From Squalus acanthias (lineage: Eukaryota): a stretch of 64,000 nucleotides of DNA. Made by a program: the position numbers and the translations under genes. Within the stretch, counting starts at the first letter, position 1, and each line of letters opens with the position of its first letter. Shown piece after piece: positions 1-13,112 of this stretch. The notes beneath the pieces are model-generated. The model did no database searches and had not been told where the DNA came from. It saw only the letters and a list, made by a program, of their open reading frames with translations. The stretch is from contig CM059429.1 in assembly GCA_030390025.1 (NCBI GenBank), forward strand, positions 138,260,001 through 138,324,000, written 5' to 3'.

Positions 1-124
1 AAGCGGTATTTCTAATTGTAGTGTCAGTGCGAAGCGAAACCAGTTATAACTAGAAATCAGGCTGTTGTAGTGTGAATGCACCCGTGGCAGATTTCAACCA
101 GGGTTGATGTAGGGATATCACAAC

Positions 125-215
125 CGACGAAAGGTCATCGACCTGAAACGTGAACTCTGTTTCTCGCTCCACAGATGCTGCCTGAACTGCTGAGTATTTC
201 CAGCATTTTCTGCCG
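125..215 (+). repeat. Penelope-derived short repeat with a degenerate hammerhead core
   Basis: Near-identical to 48576-48670; core reads CCGACGA...GAAACGTG instead of CTGANGA...GAAACGTT. Confidence 0.7.
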
Positions 216-1049
216 TTAAGACCCTTGGTTTACCCAGTGGCCCTTGCTAGAAGTATTTGTGCGTGCACGTGCTCATGTGTGTGTGCATGAGAGACAGGTT
301 AGGACAGGATTGAACTTGGTTGCAGTGCTGCCCACAGTCAGTGTTCACAGTGAGTGTTCACACATGAATAACAATCACTTAGTCGAGGCACTGGATGCCA
401 GCAGCCATGGAACAGCTCTCCAGCAGGGTGTTAGCACCTTCAGGAGAAGAGAGAGGAGAAAATTGGACAGAGGAAAAAATGTGTATTCCTCACCACCTTT
501 TAAGTCAACTACTTGAAGACAGAATCTGATATTAGATTGAAGTAATATTTACATCAGGGAGAAACTGTGCATCACTCACGAAGTTTGAATGGGCAGAATT
601 TTATATCTTTTTTTAAAGCCTGCATCAAAATTTGTATTGATAGGGGTTGAGTTTCTGTGGGGATTTTCCCAATCACCTGCCGTAACTTTGGCGGAAGATC
701 CCCAGAAACCCCGGAGAAACAACGTAAACTCCCACAGAAATTCAGCCACAGTGTTCTTACTGTCATCTTCACCAAGTTGATCATCATGCACCATTCCTCC
801 TCTTAACAAAATAACAGCTACCTCAATCCAATTGCCAGTGAGCCATGGGCAAAGTTGCACAAAATAAAGCGTCAATTATCAACAAATTGAAAGTCTACCT
901 TTTATAGTAGCACTTCATATACTTCGATTGATTTATCAACTGGTGATAAAATAGTCTTAACTCCTCAAATAAACCAGTCTTCAAAAAATTATGCTAGCTG
1001 ACTTCTAGTTAAGATCAGTCCTGTGTACTGGTTAAAAATCGTAATCCTA

Positions 1050-1430
1050 TCTCTCCAATGGCTTGGTGGTAAGTGCACTCCGGGTGTGGCATCAAGCTGT
1101 ACAGAGCAGAAAGTCCCAGGTTCCTGGTCTGTGCAGTTAGGTGACCTCAGCCAGGACTCCATGCAGAGCACTACAGCTAGCCTTATGTCCCTGGGTTATG
1201 GAGGAAAACTTCCAACCAGCATTCCTATTCCTAATTGTTGTGCAGTGACTGCTGGATAGTGCGAGACTATGGACCTGGGGTAAGGACAGAATCAGGCTCT
1301 GCTGTAACGACTCCTCATGGTTAAATGGTGCACCAACACTTGCTGTCTAGATTGAGATATGAAGAATGCCCCATTGGGTGAGGTCTCAGATGGTGGTTGG
1401 TGTTGATGGAATCCTACCCCAACAAGAATC
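1050..1430 (+). mobile_element. Old tRNA-derived SINE, AmnSINE2-like. Related copies near 8680-8945 (-), 8955-9290 (+), 13550-13850 (+), 48355-48530 (+), and 58700-58860 plus 59280-59400 (-)
   Basis: Recurring blocks cccaggtt...ggtctgtgc(tg)agttag(c/g)tga(t/c)ctcag and ggacagaatcaggctc. Family name from recall only. Confidence 0.5.
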
Positions 1431-1573
1431 AGTGTTATCAGGAAAGGAGAATGAAAAAATTGGGAGGGAAAGAGGGAGGGAAGCAGAATTCTGAATTAAG
1501 TGTTTGGATTGTATGTTTTTGAGAAATATCCTGTCTTCTAACTATATACATATATATAAATTCATTTTTGCAG

Positions 1574-1951
1574 GCATGTGTGCTGCTCAGAGACATGTCC
1601 AGATACAGGAAGGCCCCCTGGTCAGAGCAGAAGGATACCACATAACCATTTGGTGTAACGTGTCCGGGTACTCGGGTTCCACACAGCAGAACTTTGAGTG
1701 GTCAATCTATCTGCCTTCTGCACCTGAAAGACAAATCCAGATAGTCAGCACAAATGATCCCGACTACCCCTACGCTGTATATGGAAGCAGAGTACGGAAT
1801 AAGGAGGTCTACGTTGAGAGAATTGATGGGGACTCGGCGCTGTTGCACATTACTAATCTACAACTGGGAGATACAGGGGAATACGAATGTCACACTCCTA
1901 ACACAGAATCAACCTACTGGGGATCCTACAATGCCAAGGGGAATCTGACAG
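1574..1951 (+). CDS. IGSF3: IGSF3 coding exon, Ig-V domain 1 (end of signal peptide plus first domain)
   Basis: tttttgcag acceptor ends 1573; ACA G|gtaagt donor at 1952. Peptide QRHVQIQEGPLVRAEGYHITIWCNVSGY...DTGEYECHTP...GSYNAK closely resembles the vertebrate IGSF3 N-terminus as I recall it (QRQVTVQEGPLYRTEGSHITIWCNVSGY). 378 nt, phase 1-1. Confidence 0.93.
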
Positions 1952-3816
1952 GTAAGTGATTCTTGGCTTTACAGTGATTGCCTTTGTTAATGTGGTGTGC
2001 AGCATGTAATGACAGAGTAACATCAAATGTGCAACATTCCCTTTGAAGGAGCAATAGATTTTTAATAACATTGCCAGGCTATAATTATTTCACAGAAGTT
2101 TCAAGTATATGTAGATGTAAGTTATTATGTTGAGGGTAGTTTAAAATTGTACTTAGTAGGCTGACAGACTTAAATTAGTTGACTGAATTTTTCCATTAGT
2201 AGTAGCATTGTAGCATCTCATTAATGGACCTTTAACTGATGATTAAAGGAGGTTTCTGTTTATTTGCAGTGTCTGTACTCAAGCTTCAGCAAAATAGAAA
2301 TTATGGGCAGGTCTCTCTTTAAAACTGATCCCAGGTGTGATACATTATTCAAAACAATTGGTTGCAGTAGTATTTTGCGTGTCAGGACTCTGAATAATGT
2401 GTTTCATCTGGGATCATTTTTACAGAAAGTGTCTCTAATGAGAAAAACATGTCAAGGTGCAAGAAAGATGCCTTTACTTGCAGTGAAGAAAATGTATTGT
2501 TAGAAAAATGCATTTCAGTATCACATAGCTGCACACTTGGAGAAATCTGCATTCGTATACTATTAGCCATGAGTTTAATTTGGTACGAATAATGTTTTTT
2601 GATTCTGGGTTGAATGGATTTCCACTCCCATTCTACACCATTGGTTTCCTTCCAGTGTGAAAGTTTGATGCTTCACATATTTATTTGGCTAATTCTCTTC
2701 AAGTTATCCTTCAGAGCTTTTAAATTTCAGTCCAGGAGGGAGATCTGGTCTTGGAACAGGCTTCCCTAAACTACCAAGGATTGTGATATTTAAGCAGCTA
2801 CAAGTGTCTTTGCAGTTCTAGCTAGTATAGTGGAACCAGGAGAAGAACCAACCGTCACGTGACCCTGTGGCTTGCTACCTCAGCAAAGCCTCATGATAAA
2901 GCAACAGTTTCAGGAGGCCCAAGACTCCACATGCTTGCAGCATTAGTGCAAACAGACTTATTCCCAGCTTTTCCACTTCCTCCCCTCCATATACACACTG
3001 AAACAAGATTACTAATTCTATGTGGTATACATAGCACATACACAGCAAAGCTCCGCCCATTTGTACCTGAATTTCGTATTTGGGGTTGTACAACTGACGT
3101 AGTACCCTGATTTTTCAGGAACCTTAACGCTTGTTTCTGGTGCGCGCTCTGGATAGCCAGATGTCACCTGAGCCAATATGGTGTCCGACACAATTCGAAA
3201 TATGATGGATAGGTAAAGACCAACTGGTCCATCCAACCTTCCCACTCCACCTGAAAGTCATGTAACCTCCTGTGGGGGGGGGGGGGGGGTGCAAAACCAG
3301 ATTTAAAAACCCAGGCCAATTACAGAAAAAATGTGGAAAATTCCTCTCCGACCTCCCCTTAGGGGATCAAAACTAGTCCAGGAGGCTACTCTGGCCCTGA
3401 TTAATGTTGTACCGTACCTACCTCTTGTACGAGGTCATCTCCACCCCAGCTGGAAACATGTACACAAGCTCTTGCTTGAAGGAAGTTAGTGAATCAGTGT
3501 TCACTGCACGAGCTGGCAGCCTGTTCCAGAGGTCATTATTCTCTGAAAAAAGAACCACCTTCTGACATCTAATGTATTTTTAGCCTTGTATAGCTTGAAA
3601 TTGTGACCCTTGGTCCTCCCTAACCTATTTAGTTGAAACAAACTGACAATACAAACTCAATCTAGTCCCTTCATCATCTTCTAAACCTCAATCGGATCAC
3701 CCCTAAGTCTATACCTCTCTAAACTATAGAAACCCAGCTCTTTGAGCCTATTTTGGTAACTAAGATGCTTTAAACTGAGAATTAATTTTGCGACTCTCCT
3801 CTGCATCCTTTCCACA

Positions 3817-4287
3817 GTGTCAGCTGTGGCTCAGTGGGTAGCACACTTGCCTCTGAGTCAGAAGGTTGTGGGTTCAAGTCTCACTGCAGAGAGTTGAGCA
3901 CATAAATCTAGGCTGACACTCTCAGTGCAGTGCTGAGGGAGTGCTCTACTGTCTGAGGTGCCGTCTTTCAGATGAGACGTTAAACCGAGGCCCCGTCTGC
4001 TCTCTCAGGTGAACGTAAAAGATCCCATGGCATTATTTTGAAGAAGAGCAGGGGAGTTATCCCCGCTGTCCTGGCCAATATTTATCCCTCAATCAACATA
4101 ACAAAAAAACTGATTACCTGGTCATTATGACATTGCTGTTAGTGGGAGCTTGCTGTGCCCAAATTGGCTGCCGCATTTCCCACATTACAACAGTGACTCC
4201 ACTTCAAAAGTACTTCATTGGCTGTAAAGTGCTTTGAAACGTCCGGTGGTCGTGAAAGGCGCTATATAAATGCAAGTCTGTCTTTCT
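3817..4287 (+). mobile_element. DeuSINE-superfamily SINE (SacSINE1-like), full length
   Basis: tRNA-like head with A box (tggctcagtgg) and B box (ggttcaagtc); Deu-domain-like core ggtgccgtctttcagatgagacgttaaaccgagg; tail ggcgctatataaatgcaagt shared with the L2 3' ends in this window. Confidence 0.8.
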
Positions 4288-4704
4288 TAATTTCAAAGCT
4301 TCAATATCACCCACCATGTGAGGAGACCAAAACTGGGCATAGTATTCTAACTGAGGCCTAACCACAGTCTTGTACAAGGACAAAATAGTATGTTTTGTAG
4401 TGTATTGTCCTGTAAATACACCCTAGCACCCTGTTCACCCTAGCTATTGCTTGATGGCATTGGTCATGAACCTTTCGAAATTTATGCACTAGAATGACCA
4501 AATCTCTTTCATTCTCCACCAGCTTCAGTACTTTTCCCTGAGGCGTGTATCTATATTCAGCATTCACCCTGCTCACATGCGTAACACTGCACTTTTATAA
4601 GTTAAACATCATTTACTAGTCAAGGGCACATCTAGATCCGCTTGTAGCATCGAGCATCGTCTACAGTCCTGACACTCGCACAAATCTTAGTATCATCTGC
4701 AATC

Positions 4705-6116
4705 TGTAAGGGGTTTTTGTCTCGGGCTTATTTGTAGGTCAGCCAGTTATGTTTTCCTGAGCTGTTCTGCCCGCTCTGCGGTTGCGAATCGCTATCCCCT
4801 TCCTAGTTCTGAGCCCAGGACTTATCGAGCGGCGATGAGGACAAACGAACAGACCCGTGGATTGGTGCAAGGAAAACCAATGTTTATTTACAGAAGTAAA
4901 ACTACAGAGAAACAGTATTATATGAAGACGGTTTTACACTTAACATGGGAGGAGAACGGACACATCGAGGGAAAATCCTAAAATTACAATTTTAGCGATA
5001 TCCCCATTAATTCCCACCCTTATGCCTAACTAAAATTGTCTTGCGACAGCCAGAAGAAGATAATGCTCACTGGTGAAATGGATGGAAAAACCTGGCCCTG
5101 TGCTCTGTTTCTGCCTTCGACACGTGGCTGCGAAGTTTCTGGTCGTCTTCTTTCTGGGCTGCTGGCAGACAGACAGAGCGAACCGGGATCCAGGCAGAGA
5201 GAGAGAGAGAGAATGGCTGGGTCTTCCCTCCCGGTCGTCCTAATCTCCCTTCAGATCAGCTCATTTCTATTGTCTGATCTGGGCATGATGAATTTTAACA
5301 AAAGGTACTGATCTTGGCCCATCATGTTAGATGGCCGGTAATTGTATCATACCAGTTCTTCAACTGCTCCCCTATTGTCCGACAGGTTCGATGATTGTCC
5401 AGCACAATTTCGTTGATGGGGGCCAGCCCAGTCTCAATGTCCCCGCTGATTATTTGAGCAAACACCCTGAAAGCCTTATGCGTAGACCTGATTGTAATGC
5501 ATAAGGAAAGGTCCTGTCTGGTTTTGTGAACTTCCTGCTTCTTCCAGCACAGGTCTCTGGTTAAACTGTTCGATTGTTCCTTATTTGCCCGCCAAATCTT
5601 CCCAGTGCTTTGTTTAATTCTGGTGGGCTTGTTAAGGTCGTTAACTTTAATGGCAGGAGATGGCCTTTAACGATATTAAATATTTGTTAAGTGGAGGATG
5701 ATTGCTGGTCTGATGGTTGTTCATTTGTGTTGAGTACGTCTTTGTATAAATGCTAAACAGTTTGATGGGGCTGGAGACGGATCGACCACCTGTCTGTAGA
5801 GGCCAGCCCCGCCTCCTTTGGCAGCCTGTACTGAGGTATGTTTTAAAATGTCCCTGGTCCAATACACTCAATTGGTTTTAAAATGTCCAAAGCCCCTTTT
5901 TCTTAGGGTCTCTCTCTTTTCCTCTGAGTCTTTTGGGGGTCTGGGAATTTCGCAACTCTCTTACAGACCCAGGCATGTCACCTGGCCTGCTGTTTTTGCA
6001 GGGCCCTGGTTTCTGTTCAATGTCGCAGGCTTCTGCCATGAGGTCTAGAAGCCACTTTGTCCAAAGTACCCCTTATTAATAACTCTGGGGAATGTGGGAA
6101 TTTTGAGAACCCTACA
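4705..6116 (-). mobile_element. Probable solo LTR (~1.4 kb)
   Basis: TG...CA ends with short inverted termini (tgtaagggg / aaccctaca). It interrupts the CR1 motif tcatctgca^aacttg. AATAAA on the minus strand near 4885; no coding capacity. Confidence 0.65.
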
Positions 6117-6705
6117 AACTTGCAGATCGTTCCCCCCAACACCTACCTCTAGATCATTAATTCAAATAGTAAATAGCAATGGTCCTAACACGGCCCTGCA
6201 GTGACCGATCTCCAAGCAGATCCAAATCCATCTACAACCACTTCCTGCCTACGGGCTTTCAGCCAGTTCTCAATCCAGCGCGGTAGTTTGCCACTAATAC
6301 TCGAGGCTTCAATCTTGTAGAGAAGCCTCTTATGGGGCACCTTATCAAAAGCTTTTTGAAAGTATAATTTGGGTGCGGCAGATCATGCCGCAAAATTCAG
6401 AGGTCTAATGCTGATTTTATGCCGGAAGAACGGGAGGTCATAAATTGAATTTCTACTCCTGTGTTTCCATTTTATTTTCTAGTTTCTTATCCACTCTTTT
6501 ATATTCTCCCCTGAATTCCCATGGATTTTAGTTTAATTAGTAATCTTTCCTATGGGACTTTGTCAAAGGCTTTGTGGAAGTTGAAGTAAACTGTAACATA
6601 GGAACTTCCACTGTCTTGTTTTGTTTATAACATCTTAAATTAAGTCAACAACATTTGTCAAGCAAGATGTTCCCCTCATAAATCCATGCTTATACAGGTC
6701 CTCAT

Positions 6706-6861
6706 CAATGTTCCCGCTAATTTTTGCTGGGGCCGCATGACTCCTTTAAGGGGCTGCGCGGGCAATTCAAAATACTGTGCATGCGCGGTTTTTACATTGA
6801 AAAGCTGGCAGCACGGGTTTCCTGGAACGCTGCGCGGCCGCACAGCTTAAAGGGAACGTTG
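6706..6861. mobile_element. 156-bp hAT-type MITE
   Basis: Perfect 8-bp TSD gtcctcat (6698-6705, 6862-6869); imperfect TIRs caatgttcccgctaa / ttaaagggaacgttg. Confidence 0.85.
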
Positions 6862-9800
6862 GTCCTCATCCTACCTGTTCCTTAGTATAGTTCCCATTAT
6901 TTGACCCAATATTGGCATAAGGAATGTATAGCACTCCTTTTAAGTACGACTGCTTGTTTGTGGGGAGATAGCTTACTAACATGTACAAACACTAGGGGAA
7001 TAACTTCTAATAGAGTTAATTCTGCTAAAGGTGGGCTTACTTCCTTTGTGCTGGAACAGAAATGAATTCTTCTGCATGCAAAAGCACCAGGTGTCACATT
7101 GATGTTGCATTTTGATTGTTGTGCTGGTGCCAGGGACAGCCCTGACTCTGCCAGCAGTGCTGTGATATAAATGAGGCAACTCTAATGCTTCCAGCGAGTG
7201 AGATTTTTTTTGCCCTGCACTGCTGACGGTAAGCACTCCCAGCCACCACTAACAGCGCCATGGGCTGCTGTTTTCTTCTGGCTGCACTCATCCTCTTGCG
7301 GAGGCCATTAATGTGCCTTTTTTTCTTGTGTTGCTGGCCTGGGGAAGGTGCATGACCAGAAAGTTAAAGCCATGGGCCCGGAGTTTCTGCTCGGTTGCGC
7401 TTTTTCCCAGAGCAATTCACTCGCAGTCGGCCAAACCAGTGCAAAAGATCAAATCAAATCAAATCAAAAGATTGTGGAATTTTAAGCACAAATTATATCC
7501 AGCAGCTAATCAAGTCTAGTTTAAAAAAACATCGTTCTAGAAGCTGGCCCCGCCCACAGAACTGGTCACGCAGCCCCCGGTGAATTAATCACCATTGGGA
7601 GTTTCTGCTAATTGTGCTCGTTTGCAGGCTTTCGAGGAGGCTCTTAAAATTAAGCTGGTTCTTTTGGGCACAAGAACATTGACTACTGTACACCAATATA
7701 ACTAGTACTTGATTTTGTATCATTTGTTTAATTCATTTTCAGTCATTTAAAATCCGGTTATTCACAGGTGGTGGGCTCGACACTGATTAAAACTGCTTAT
7801 ATTTTGTGGTACGTCCATGTATTGATCAAACTGCACTCTTAAATACATCAAGGAATACATTTTAAAGCAAATTTTTTTTTTAATATTAGGTCCTAAAACG
7901 CTGCCCGATTGCGCTGGTTCATGGCAGATTTTACGTTCGGCGATATGCAAATGAATTTGAGGGGAAACTTGAGAAAAAAGAAACACTTCTCAAAACTGGC
8001 ACAATTTCGGCTGCAATTTGCTTGTGTAGAGTTTTCCTGTTACCGCTGGTATCTGAAATGTACTCGACTGTGTAATTGTGATGTACTCCAAAACATTAGC
8101 AGGGTCGACATATTGCAGAACCACTTGATGGTATAAATGGGGAGGAAGGACTAACAGCGCTGACTCAGTTACCTTTTATAAACGAGGTTGATAAACTGAC
8201 TGACCATTTCCTGTAAATTGCACTCAGTCAGAGACAGCTGTCTAGTGCTACTGTCTGTACAATTGCATGCACTGTAGTAATGAGCTTTCTTTAATAGATC
8301 GGTGTCTTGGCTGTCAATAGAAGCTGACATACTGTACGTAAAAGATCACATTTCCCCACACAATCTTGCAAAATAAAAATTAAAACTAAAAATTAAAAAC
8401 CAATTTAACACTTGGGTCTTGTCAGCAGAACCTGCCAAACACTGCTCGAGGCAGGTTACATTCCACACAATACAACAAGTATCGAATATTAGCTGTAGAG
8501 CATGTTTTTATTGTGTTTGTGCAATTACTAACCAGTATCAATGCCAGAGTGTGCAGCCCTATTATCTGTGATGTGTGTCCTCCAACCCATACTACTATTG
8601 GCTTTACTTCTTTTCTCAATTTCCTGCTCTCCTGTGTTGTGTGGCGATTCATGCCACAGTTTCAAAGGAAGCATCAACCTCCGCTACCTTACTCAAATGG
8701 TAATTCTGCCAGACCGGGATTGTCAGTAGACTATTCAACTGCAGGTAGCATCACAACTAAGCCCAGTCTTGTCCTTAGCCAATGCCACACACATGCACTT
8801 TCCAGCAGTAGTCTTTGGCTGGAAATTGGGAGGAAAAGCCTTTTTTTTTTTTAAATTTCCCCTCCTCAGCCTAGGGTTAACGAGGTTGCGCCTCCATATC
8901 TGAACGGGTTACGATCAGCTAACGATCCACGGCAGAGTTAGAACCCGAGACCAAAGATTCCCTGATGGCTTAGTGGATTTTCACTGAGAGAAGCTGAGTC
9001 ATAGAGACCAGGAGAGTTCTTGGTTTGATCCTCGGTCTGTGCTGAGTTAGCTGATCTCGGATGGGGCAGCAGCCGGGGTGCTATGATTAGCCTCTGTGAC
9101 CCTGAGCTGTGGAGTGGAAGCCCGGACCCCAGATCACTGTTGAGGTGACCCCTGCTAGAAGAACATATGGGTCAGTATCAGGTGAAGACAAGATCAGGCT
9201 CAGTTGTGATGCCCTTAAAGTTAAACAGCTTGTTGGCATTCATTGTCACGTGTCACACATGCAGTATTGGAAAGCAACCAACAGATTTATAACTTCCCAA
9301 GAAAGAGTCAAACAACTTCATGAGGGAAAAACTTAACTGAGAAGAAGGACCTGAAGCTTTTTTTGTTTTATGGCTGTGTAGTGCATTTATCCACAGCGGC
9401 ATCAAAGGAATGTCTCCGACAGTAATAACACTGTCTTCTAGAATATTCAAAGCATTTGCACATCAATCAGTGTAAACAGCCCTGTCAGACAGGCCACATT
9501 TCTCTTGATTCCAGTCACTTTTTTTCTATTTTTCAACTCTTAGTTTACCCGTTTGGAAGGTCATTCCTCCACCAGCACGACAAAATGCGGTGAAAGCATA
9601 TTTAAATCAGCATTTAAATCAGCATTTAAATCAGCATTTCAGTATTTATCTGGTGGAAAACAATTCTCCAAATAAATCTCTGCTTCGCGCCACAAATTTC
9701 TGAATTTTGCAGTTTGAGCCAATAGAGTGGAAGTTAAATCTTGTACTTGGTAGTGAAAGTCGAGGAGCTATGGAAGTACAGCAGCGAAATCCAATCCTTA

Positions 9801-10215
9801 TGACTGGAATTCAATCCCAGGCTCAGTTTTAATTCAAACCCATCTGTTCTTAAAGGCAGAAGAAGTCTAGATTTTCTAGTCAGCATTATTGTAATGCCAG
9901 CAGTGATCCATTTAAAATAAATGGGTAGTCAGTTCTGCTGAAGGAAACACACCCAAAACATTAACCTGGCTCTTTATAGATGCTGACTATATTTCCAGCA
10001 TTTTCTGTTTTTATTTCAAATTTGCAGTTTTTTTTCTTTTTATTTCAAATAATTCCAATCTGGGATAGTCTCAGCCTTGGTGCCCTTTCAAAAATAAAAC
10101 CTTGATCATCCTTCTGTTTTTCTTTATCTTGCTGTTGATTTTAAAAAAAGACTGAGCCTGATTATGTGAGGGAGCAGAATTAATATGCACAGTTGAATAG
10201 ATCTGATTCCTAAAG

Positions 10216-11318
10216 CAGGGGATCTCAACCGGGGGTCGGGGCTCCGCGAGAAGGTTTTAAGGGGTCCGCCAAAAATGACCAGATTCTGCCCAACAATCCC
10301 ACCCCTCACACACTCCGATTGGTTGGAGGATCCGCTCCAGCCCCTTTTCTTATTGGTCAATTACCCGGGCAGTGTGAGCTGAGCATGCGTGGGCGGTACT
10401 GGCTGGTGGAGACGCAGCAGATAAGAGGTCTGGAGGGAGCGGGTTAATAAACCCCGGGGGGACCGATTCCCGGGTTTTCCCCGACCAGAACGCACAGTGT
10501 TAACGCCAAACTCTGGGAGCAACAGCAAATGCTGGGAACTCTCAGGGAACGTCTGTAAATAATGGAGAAATGGTGATGGGTCAGGGAGTGTCTGTAAATG
10601 AAGGAGAAACAGTAACTGGTATGGGAGCGTCTGTAAATGAAGAGGAATGGTGACTGGTCAGGGCCAGCTCCCCATACCTTTCAGAGTGCCTCTCCTCGCC
10701 TTGGTATCCCCAACCCTAAACCTACCATCCTAACTATAATCCCGACCCCTAACCATAAAATCCTAACCCGAAACACTAATGTAATCCCTAACCCCAACCC
10801 CTAACTGTAACACTCTTACCGTAGTCCTGACGTCTATCACTAATCCCCTATATTTATATGTTTCATTGTATAAATTTTCAAATCCCTTCATGGCCTCGCC
10901 CCTCCCTATCTCTGTAATCTCCTCCAACCCTACAACCCTCCGAGATATCTGTGCTCCTCCAATTCTGGCCTCTTGAGCATCCCTGATTTTAATCACTCCG
11001 CCATTGGCGGCCGTGCCTTCAGCTGCCAAGGCCCTAAAGTCTGGAATTCCCTCCGTAAATCTCTCTGCCTCTCCACCTCTCTTTCTTCCTTTAAGATGCT
11101 CCTTAAAACCCAGCTTTTTGACCAAGCCTGCCCCAATAGCTACTTATGTGGCCGGTGTCACATTTTGATTGATAACGTTCCTGTGAGGTGCCTTGGGGCG
11201 TTCTACTACGGTAAAGGCGCTGCAAAAATACAAGTTGTTGTTTTGTGTTACGGGAGGTCTATGGAATTTATATAACACGGGAGGGGGGCCTCAGAAGCAA
11301 AAAGGTTGAGAACCCCTG
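10216..11318. mobile_element. Non-autonomous hAT (Charlie-like) element with a nested L2 3' fragment (~10870-11245)
   Basis: TIRs caggggatctcaacc / ggttgagaacccctg; near-TSD tcctaaag / tccttaaag. Confidence 0.8.
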
Positions 11319-12057
11319 TCCTTAAAGCACCGTAGATATAGGAACAGGAGTAGACCATTCAGCCCCTCAAGCCTGTTCTGCTATTCCATTAGATCTTGGC
11401 TGTTCTGTACCTCAACTCCATTCACCCGCCTTTGATCCATCAGGACAATTTTTTCCAATTGATGGGCAGTAAGAGGTTACTATGTGTGGGAAAAAAACAG
11501 TTACAGCAACTGCCACAGCTGATTTCCTTGGTGAATATTTAAAAATGTATTTCTGATTTTGTCTCTTGCAGTATGAGATGTTTTAATCACCTGAAGTGGT
11601 TGTTGGATATCACTGTAGACAGGGAAGGGACATGTGGGCCTGCGGCAAAGTGCTGAAGAGAAGTGGTCAAGGAATGTCTCTCCATGGCCCCCATTGCAAA
11701 TTCAAATCATACCGCTGGAGAGCCCATTACGGAGGTGATTGCAGCTGTGTGAAAATGCAGAACCTTCTATCTATGGATGCTAATTGACACATCTCATGCT
11801 GTTCTACCATGTCAGCAAAGCACGCCATCGTTTGCTGGTAATGATGGAAGTGACAAAACCAGTTTGTGTGCTGAAACATTTCTTTCTGTTGGGCCAGCAT
11901 GCAGCATTGTAGAGAAGTTTATCGAAAACTTACAGCCTGTACAGTTCTGTCCTCCTGGCTGGAGATAGAAGTGTGGCACCAGAACACCACAGCAGCAGTA
12001 GGGACATGGCACAGAGGAGGAGTGAAATTGTGAATAAAAATGAACATCCCATTTTTA

Positions 12058-12415
12058 TTGTCAGCCTTGGCTCAGTGGTAGCACTCTCACCTCTGAGTCA
12101 GAAGGTTGTGGGTTCAAGCCTCACTCCAGAGACTTGAGCGTATAATTTAGGCTGATCGTAATGTAGTACTGAGGGAGTGCTGTGTTGTAGGAGGAACTAT
12201 CTCAGTTGAGATGTGAAAGATTCCATGGCACTATTCGAAGAAGAGCAGGGGAGTTCTCCAGATAATAAACGTGAATATTTATCCCTCAATCTGTTCAGAA
12301 ATCAGCTGTCGCATTTGCCTATGTTAAAATAGTAACTACATTTGGAAAAATTATTTCATTGGCTGTGAAATGATTTGGGATGTCCTATGGATATGGAATG
12401 CATTATATAGTTCTC
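12058..12415 (+). mobile_element. Degraded DeuSINE-like copy (further partial copy ~13213-13470)
   Basis: Same head, core and tail as 3817-4287, with deletions. Confidence 0.75.
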
Positions 12416-12535
12416 TTTTTCTTTATTAATTCGGTTCACTATTTATCCCCCTTATCCTTTCCTGAAGATGGGTGGTAGCAGCCCTCCATTACCTCACCCA
12501 ATTGGCTGTTCCTCATTGATGACCCAGAAGAGTAA

Positions 12536-13112
12536 AGCCTCGATATTAATGTGGAGGCGGCAAGGGTACGCGGACGAACAACCTGGCAAGGCCGGGGACA
12601 TGGAGACCCTGCCGATCTTAACAGCACGGCCTCAGTTAAATAAATATCTGCAGACTCCCGCTCGACACGATCGTAGCAAGGCTCTGGTCATGATCTTGAG
12701 TGGGAGGAGGAGGAGGAGGAAGGCCTCTGGGCATGATCACGACTGTAAGGGAGGATGTCTGAGCACGATTGGCTGAAGGCTGGGCTGGGGAGGCCGAAGG
12801 CTTCCTTGTCAGGCCTGGGGAGGAGCGTTACTTGCCCTCCAAGGATCTTAAAAACAGGCAAAGTTATAAAACTTACTTGGTCAGTCCGCTCCTCCCGCCA
12901 TGTTTCTGCTGCCCTGCCGGGCAACAGACCGCGCGGAACTCCCCCTGTGGTGAGATAAAAAATATGTTGTGGCCCCGATGACATAATCGGGCCTTGACTT
13001 CTGAATCTCAAGTAGGCCTCCGCCTGCTTTTAGTAGGAGCCTTGTCCAGGGCCTGAATCCCCACCATAAATAATGCAGTGGGTTGGGGTCAGGCGGGTTG
13101 AAATCAAGGCCT
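12536..13112. mobile_element. GC-rich MITE-like element, probably PIF/Harbinger-derived
   Basis: Imperfect inverted ends gcctcgatatt / gaaatcaaggc around a GC-rich interior. Confidence 0.4.

Larger units (their letters stand above)
3185..6700 (-). mobile_element. Old fragmented CR1 LINE 3' portion, hosting a SINE and a solo LTR
   Basis: Minus-strand RT remnants (AIARVNRVLGCIYRTI; KFADDTK-type block at ~4685-4700; AFDKVPH-type block at ~6330-6360) and a CR1-type 3' UTR at ~3190-3400. Confidence 0.75.

Noticed and set aside
244-875. Short ORFs as the missing IGSF3 signal-peptide exon
   Set aside because: No convincing short hydrophobic ATG exon with a phase-1 donor; part of the region looks like a small MITE (~591-750).
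3817-3895. tRNA gene
   Set aside because: A/B boxes are present but run straight into a SINE body; no complete cloverleaf.
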